Assembly: GCF_000284115.1 (NCBI RefSeq)
Contig: NC_017080.1
Location: forward strand, 1,200,001 to 1,232,000
Origin: Phycisphaera mikurensis NBRC 102666
GTDB lineage: Bacteria > Planctomycetota > Phycisphaerae > Phycisphaerales > Phycisphaeraceae
Direction: 5' to 3'
DNA length: 32,000 bases
Below the pieces are notes generated by a model. It was not told the DNA's origin. It saw nothing but the letters and a program-made list of their open reading frames with translations, and ran no database searches. Within the stretch, counting starts at the first letter, position 1. Each line of letters begins with the position of its first letter. This document shows positions 27,172-32,000 of this stretch, piece by piece. The position numbers and the translations under genes were made by a program.

Positions 27172-30100
27172 ATGACCGCGACGCAACGAACGATGACGCC
27201 GCCCACGGGAGCCGATCGGGCGGACGCCCCCGGGCGGATGCTCCGCCTGTACCGCTGGATGGCCCTGGCCAGGGCCGCCGAGAAGCGTCAGCGCGAGCTG
27301 GTCGCCGGCGGCGAGGCGCACTTCATGATGCCCTACCGCGGGCACGAGGGCGTGGCGGCGCTGCAGCTGTTCTTGGGCGAGGACGACTGGCTGCACGTCC
27401 ACTACCGCGACCAGGCCCTGCTGCTGGCCCGCGGCCTGCCGGTGTCGCGCGTCTTCGACTCGCTGCTCGCCAACGCCAACGACACGGCCGCGGGCGGGAT
27501 GATGGGCGGCTTCCACGCCGACGCGGGGCTGCACATCCTCCCGATGGTCGTGCCGACCGGCAACCACGCCCTCCAGGCGGTGGGCGTCGCGCAGGAGTTG
27601 CGGCGGTCCGGCCGGCCCGGGCCAGCGGGCCGTCCACCGCTGGTCGCGTGCGGCTTCGGCGACGGCACCGCCCAGCAGGGCGAGGTGCTCGAGGCCATTG
27701 CCGAGGCCGTCCGCGACCGCCTCCCGATGCTGTTCTACTGCTCCGACAACGGCTACGCGATCAGCACGCCCACCGGCGGGAAGACCTTCTTCGACCTGCC
27801 GAGAGGGTCCGCGTCGGAGTTCCTCGGCAGGAAGATCCACCGCTTCGACGCCCGCGACGTCGGCCCCGAGCTCGGCCGCCTCGGCGACACGATCGCGCAC
27901 GCCCGCACCGCCGACGGTCCGACGCTGATGGTGCTGCGCTGCGAGCGGCTGACCAACCACACCAACGCCGACGACCAGCGGACCTACCGCGAGGCCGAGG
28001 GCCTCGCCGCCAGCGAGCGTGACCACGACCCCGTGGTGAACCTGCGGCGGTGCCTGGCGGACGAGGTCGACGCCACCGAGCTGGACGCCATCGACGCCGA
28101 TGCCGAGGCGGCGGTGGACGAGGCCGCCGAGACCGCCCGCCGCGGCGCCGAGCCGGCCGGCGTCGCCGCCGTTTCCAAGCCCTTCCCCCCGAACCTCTCG
28201 ACCGGCGCCGAGCACCCCCCGGCCCAGCCGGGCGACGTGTTGATGATCGAGGCGATGCGGAGAGTGCTCGACGCCCGGCTCGCCGCCGACGGCCGCGTCG
28301 TGCTTCTCGGCGAGGACATCGCCGACCCCAAGGGCGACGTCTTCGGCGTGACGCGCGGGCTGTCCACCACCCACGGCGCCGACCGCGTCATCAACTCGGC
28401 CCTCAGCGAGTCGACCATCACCGGCACCGCCATCGGCCGCGCGATGGCCGGCGGCCGCCCGGTCGGCTTCGTCCAGTTCGCCGACTTCCTGCCCAACGGC
28501 CTCAACCAGATCCTCTCGGAGCTGGGCACGATCCGGTGGCGCAGCGGCGGGGCGTTCGAGTGCCCGGCGATCTTCATGGTCACCTGCGGCGGCTACAAGC
28601 CGGGCCTGGGACCCTTCCACGCCCAGACCTTCGAGGCCCTGCTCGCCGGCGTGCCCGGCGTGGACGTCTTCATGCCCTCGACCGCGGCCGACGCCGCGGG
28701 CCTGCTCAACGCCGCCTTCGAGAGCGGCCGGCCGACGGTCTTCCTCTACCCCAAGGCCTGCCTGAACGACCGCGGCAACGCCTGCGGGGGCGTGGTCGAG
28801 GAGCTGCTCGCCTCGCCGGGCACCGCCGCCCACCGCCGCCGCGGCGACGACCTCACGCTGGTCGCCTGGGGCAGCACCGCGTCGGTCGCCGAGGCCGTGG
28901 CCGACACGCTCGCCGAAGCGGGCCACGGGGTGGACCTGCTGGACCTCCGCACGATCACGCCGTGGGACCGCGCCGCCGTCGCGGCCTCGGCCGCCCGCAC
29001 CGGCCGCCTGCTCGTCGTGCATGAGGACAACCTGACCGCCGGCTTCGGCGGCGAGGTCGTCGCCGCGGTGTGCGAGGACGTGGACCGGCCGCTCTCGGTC
29101 AAGCGCGTCGCTCGGCCCGACGTGCCGGTTCCGCAGGCCTTCTCCGCCCAGCTGGAGGTGCTGCCCAGCTACCGCCGCGTGCTCGACGCCGCGGCGTCGC
29201 TGCTGGGCGTTGAGGCCGATTGGGCCGCGGCGACGAAAGCCGCCCCGGTCGTCGCCGGCGGTGAGTTCGTCGTCGAGGCCGAGGGCTCCAGCCCCGCCGA
29301 CGCCGCGGTGACCATCACGCAGTGGCTCGTCTCCGCGGGCGACCGCGTGAAGAAGGGCCAGAACATCGCCGACCTCGAGGCCGACAAGGCCGTCTTCGAG
29401 CTGGCCGCCCCCGCCGACGCCGAGGTCGCCGCGGTGCTGGTGGGCGAGGGCGAGGAGGTGCCGGTGGGCACGCCGATTCTGCGGCTCCGCCGGCTGGAGG
29501 AAGCGGGCGCCGCCGCCGCGGACGGCGACGGCTCCGGGCCCGTGAAGCGCACGGTCCGCGAGGACCGCACGCCGCCGAAGCTCTCGGCACCGGCTGCACC
29601 GCTCGCCGCGGACGCGGCGGCCGCAGCCGCTTCCGTCCGCGTCTACCTCTCGCCGATCCACACCGTCGAGGGCCGCAACCGGCTGGACAACTCCGACCTG
29701 GAGCGCCGCTTCCCCGGCCGCAGCGCCGAGGACATCGTCAAGCGGACCGGCATCGAGAGCCGGCCGATCGTCGGCCCCGGCCAGACGGCGCTTTCGATGG
29801 CCGTCGAGGCCGCCGCCGCCGCGCTCGCTGCCGAGGGGCTGGCGCTGGACGACCTCTCGGGCATCGTCTGCCACACCACCACGCCGCCCCTGAACACGCC
29901 GTCGATGGCGTGCATGGTGCTCAACGGCCTCGACGAGCAGCGGCGGGCCGCCGACCCCAAGCTCGCCCCCGCCGAGGCCGTCGTCTACGACGTCAACGCC
30001 GCGTGCTCGGGCTGGCTCTACGCCCTCGACGCCGCCTTCAACACCGTCCGCGACAACCCGCGGTCCGCCGTGCTGGTCGTCACCACCGAGGCGCTGTCCC

Positions 30101-30657
30101 GCGTCGTCGACCCCAGCGACTTCGACACCGCCATCCTCTTCGGCGACGCCGCGACCGCCACCGTCGTGCGCGGCTCGGCGGTCGCGGATGCCGCGGGGGG
30201 AGCCGCCGGCTTGCCCGCCGGCTCGCTGGTCCTCCACAAGCCCGTGCTCTCGGGCAAGGCCGACCCGGGCATGGTGCTCACCGTCGGCTTCGAGGGCGGC
30301 GGCCACGTGCAGATGGACGGCAAGCGCGTCTTCGTCGAGGGCGTGCGGGCGATGACCGAGATGGCCCAGCGGGCCTTCACCGCCGCCGGCCGCCCGCTCG
30401 AAGACGTCGACTGGCTCGTGCCCCACCAGGCCAACCGCCGCATCTTCGACGCCGTCGCCAAGAAGCTCAACGTGCCGGCCGAGAAGGTGATCGACCAGAT
30501 CGCCCACTGCGGCAACACCTCCTCCAGCAGCATCCCCCTCGCCATCGCCCGGGCCCTCCGCGATGGCAGCGCCACACTCGAGCCCGGCCAGACCGTTGGC
30601 GCCGTCGCCTTCGGCGGCGGCTTCACCTTCGGGGCGGCGATCCTCGAAGTGGTCTGA
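27172..30657 (+). CDS. Multidomain fusion: 2-oxoacid dehydrogenase E1alpha (TPP) - E1beta - lipoyl/biotinyl domain - beta-ketoacyl-ACP synthase III
   Basis: Single ORF. E1alpha 'VACGFGDGTAQQGEVLEAI...LFYCSDNGYAIST'; E1beta 'VVLLGEDIADPKGDVFGVTRGL' and 'LLVVHEDNLTAGFGGEV'; lipoyl 'IADLEADKAVFELAAP' (Lys codon 29386-29388); KAS III 'VYDVNAACSGWLYALDAA' (Cys codon 30004-30006), 'PHQANRRI', 'HCGNTSSSSIP'. Confidence 0.92.
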   Translation: MTATQRTMTPPTGADRADAPGRMLRLYRWMALARAAEKRQRELVAGGEAHFMMPYRGHEGVAALQLFLGEDDWLHVHYRDQALLLARGLPVSRVFDSLLANANDTAAGGMMGGFHADAGLHILPMVVPTGNHALQAVGVAQELRRSGRPGPAGRPPLVACGFGDGTAQQGEVLEAIAEAVRDRLPMLFYCSDNGYAISTPTGGKTFFDLPRGSASEFLGRKIHRFDARDVGPELGRLGDTIAHARTADGPTLMVLRCERLTNHTNADDQRTYREAEGLAASERDHDPVVNLRRCLADEVDATELDAIDADAEAAVDEAAETARRGAEPAGVAAVSKPFPPNLSTGAEHPPAQPGDVLMIEAMRRVLDARLAADGRVVLLGEDIADPKGDVFGVTRGLSTTHGADRVINSALSESTITGTAIGRAMAGGRPVGFVQFADFLPNGLNQILSELGTIRWRSGGAFECPAIFMVTCGGYKPGLGPFHAQTFEALLAGVPGVDVFMPSTAADAAGLLNAAFESGRPTVFLYPKACLNDRGNACGGVVEELLASPGTAAHRRRGDDLTLVAWGSTASVAEAVADTLAEAGHGVDLLDLRTITPWDRAAVAASAARTGRLLVVHEDNLTAGFGGEVVAAVCEDVDRPLSVKRVARPDVPVPQAFSAQLEVLPSYRRVLDAAASLLGVEADWAAATKAAPVVAGGEFVVEAEGSSPADAAVTITQWLVSAGDRVKKGQNIADLEADKAVFELAAPADAEVAAVLVGEGEEVPVGTPILRLRRLEEAGAAAADGDGSGPVKRTVREDRTPPKLSAPAAPLAADAAAAAASVRVYLSPIHTVEGRNRLDNSDLERRFPGRSAEDIVKRTGIESRPIVGPGQTALSMAVEAAAAALAAEGLALDDLSGIVCHTTTPPLNTPSMACMVLNGLDEQRRAADPKLAPAEAVVYDVNAACSGWLYALDAAFNTVRDNPRSAVLVVTTEALSRVVDPSDFDTAILFGDAATATVVRGSAVADAAGGAAGLPAGSLVLHKPVLSGKADPGMVLTVGFEGGGHVQMDGKRVFVEGVRAMTEMAQRAFTAAGRPLEDVDWLVPHQANRRIFDAVAKKLNVPAEKVIDQIAHCGNTSSSSIPLAIARALRDGSATLEPGQTVGAVAFGGGFTFGAAILEVV

Positions 30658-30701
30658 GCGTCATCACGAAGCAGATCACGGGGCTCAAGCTTTCTCCGTG
30701 T

Positions 30702-30757
30702 CATCGGGCTTGCCTGATGGGCCCGGCGTCCCCCAAGACAGATCGGGCGGGCCCGAT
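30702..30757. terminator. Two adjacent stem-loops in a convergent intergenic region
   Basis: 'catcgggc tt gcctgatg' (30702-30719, one G-T wobble) and 'atcgggc gg gcccgat' (30742-30757), between the fusion gene stop (30657) and the opposing gene stop (30793). Confidence 0.35.
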
Positions 30758-30792
30758 GCCACGGCTTCCAGGATCCGTCCTCGGGGTGCGGG

Positions 30793-31434
30793 TCAACCGA
30801 GGGTTCCGCCTGGATCGTCGGACGCGGCGAGTTCGCAGAAGTGCGCCAACCGCGCCGGCAGGTCCTTGTCGCGGTGGAAGCGTCGAGTCCTGATCAGGCG
30901 GAGGAGGTTTTGGACCGTCTCCAGGTCGGAGGCCGTCGCCACGCGGATCAACATCAGGAGGTCGATGCGGTCCTGCAGCCGACGCTCGCTCTCGGAGAGC
31001 AGCTTCAACGCGATGAGGTGCGGGACGCTCGCCGTTGGCACCGCGAGGCCGGGGGCCACCCGCACCGGCGTCGCCGCGTCCACGCACTCCGCTTCGATCC
31101 CGCTGGAAGCGAAGAGGACGTCGACCATCGGCACCAGCCCTTCGTCCACCTGCCCGTCCCGCGGAGTCGGGGGCCGGAGGCGGAGGGTGCTCAAGCGATC
31201 CACCGCCGTCTGCTTCAGGCTGCCTCGGAGCGCGTAGCCGCCGCTGAGGAAGCACCGGGCGACGGCCTCCGCCTCCGCATCGTCGGCCACCGCGATCGCG
31301 AGGTCGACGTCTCGGGTGAAGCGGATGGCCGTTCGGTTCGCCACCGCGATCCCGCCCACCGGGCAGGAACACGCGTCCGCGAGCGTCAGCACCTCGATGG
31401 CGCGTCTCGCACCGGCGTGGAGGCTGGCTTCCAC
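30793..31434 (-). CDS. Nucleotidyltransferase, AbiEii/AbiGii-like (possible TA toxin/NTase component)
   Basis: 'CPVGGIAVANRTAIRFTRDVDLAIAVADDAEAEAVARCFLSGGYAL', then 'MVDVLFASSGIE', 'LIALKLLSESERRLQDRIDLLML'. Confidence 0.75.
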   Translation of the reverse strand: MEASLHAGARRAIEVLTLADACSCPVGGIAVANRTAIRFTRDVDLAIAVADDAEAEAVARCFLSGGYALRGSLKQTAVDRLSTLRLRPPTPRDGQVDEGLVPMVDVLFASSGIEAECVDAATPVRVAPGLAVPTASVPHLIALKLLSESERRLQDRIDLLMLIRVATASDLETVQNLLRLIRTRRFHRDKDLPARLAHFCELAASDDPGGTLG

Positions 31435-31646
31435 GAGGTGGGCCGGAGGAACGGATCACCGGTGTCCAGAGGACGCTCCATCTCCTCCCGGAGCAGCCGC
31501 GTCCGCTCCTGGGCCTCGATCCCGGGGTGCTCCCGATCGATCCGCTCTCTGAGCATCCAGATGCCCGCTTCGAAGGTCTCGAACACGGCGTGCATCCGTG
31601 CGGGGAGCTTCGCCGGGTCCTGATCCTGGAAGAGCGGCGGCTGCAC
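31386..31646 (-). CDS. Small hypothetical protein overlapping the nucleotidyltransferase 5' end
   Basis: 86 aa, 'MHAVFETFEAGIWMLRERIDREHPGIEAQERTRLLREEME'; 49-nt overlap with the NTase suggests coupled expression. Confidence 0.6.
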   Translation of the reverse strand: MQPPLFQDQDPAKLPARMHAVFETFEAGIWMLRERIDREHPGIEAQERTRLLREEMERPLDTGDPFLRPTSWKPASTPVRDAPSRC

Positions 31647-31703
31647 GGAACGAGCGTACCCGGCGTTTCTCCCGCACCCCCGGCCGTGCTCTAGCTTGAA
31701 CGC

Positions 31704-32000
31704 ATGCCCGCCGCCAACACCTTCAGCTGCCCGTCCTGCGAGAAGACGTACCGGCTGAAGGAGGGCATGGCGGGGAAGAAGGTCGGCTGCAAGTGCGGCG
31801 AGCGGTTCCGCATCCCCGAGGCGGCCGCGGAGGATGAAGAGGGCGGGCCGCTGGAGCTCTCCGACGGCACGCCCGCCTGGCTGGCCGACGCGGCGCCGGC
31901 CGCGGCCGCCGCGGAGTGCTCGCGCTGCAACGCCCCGCTCAAGCCCAGCGCGGTGCTGTGCCTGAACTGCGGGACCGACCAGCGGACCGGCGCGGCCGCG
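31704..32000 (+). CDS. Zinc-ribbon-containing hypothetical protein, 3'-truncated by window edge
   Basis: 'MPAANTFSCPSCEKTYRLKEGMAGKKVGCKCGERFRIPE' and 'CSRCNAPLKPSAVLCLNCGTDQRTG'. Confidence 0.8.
   Translation, partial: MPAANTFSCPSCEKTYRLKEGMAGKKVGCKCGERFRIPEAAAEDEEGGPLELSDGTPAWLADAAPAAAAAECSRCNAPLKPSAVLCLNCGTDQRTGAAA

Noticed and set aside
27094-30507. 1137-aa minus-strand ORF
   Set aside because: Antisense shadow of the E1-lipoyl-KASIII fusion caused by high GC; composition is non-protein-like.

Overview
High-GC bacterial window. Gene content and style suggest a Planctomycetota/Phycisphaerae-like genome (inference). It starts in the 3' part of glmS. Directly downstream is an accessory island (~890-6900) with an octanucleotide-period repeat tract, a G/C-rich repeat cluster enclosing a 101-bp near-perfect copy of an internal glmS segment, two paralogous HUH/IS200-like (RAYT-like) proteins, and between them a visibly lower-GC pair: a large 'DSDNDG'-type protein and a small lipoprotein. 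The rest is mostly chromosomal: two secreted/lipoprotein genes, YjbQ-family protein, queG, two membrane proteins, rpoN, a Xer-like recombinase, tmk, a methyltransferase, a ChbG/YdjC deacetylase, two Gfo/Idh/MocA oxidoreductases, a large GH9 protein, a truncated sugar isomerase/epimerase remnant, and a FabF-like ketosynthase. Divergent from that ketosynthase is a ~1160-aa fusion: 2-oxoacid dehydrogenase E1alpha, E1beta, lipoyl domain, then KAS III. The window ends with an AbiEii-like nucleotidyltransferase/small-protein pair and a partial zinc-ribbon protein. The best candidates for something new are the E1-lipoyl-KASIII fusion (no E2 acyltransferase), the glmS-adjacent RAYT/repeat island with a captured glmS fragment, and the scattered intergenic 8-nt-period arrays. 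Start codons are chosen by inspection, and no database search was possible.
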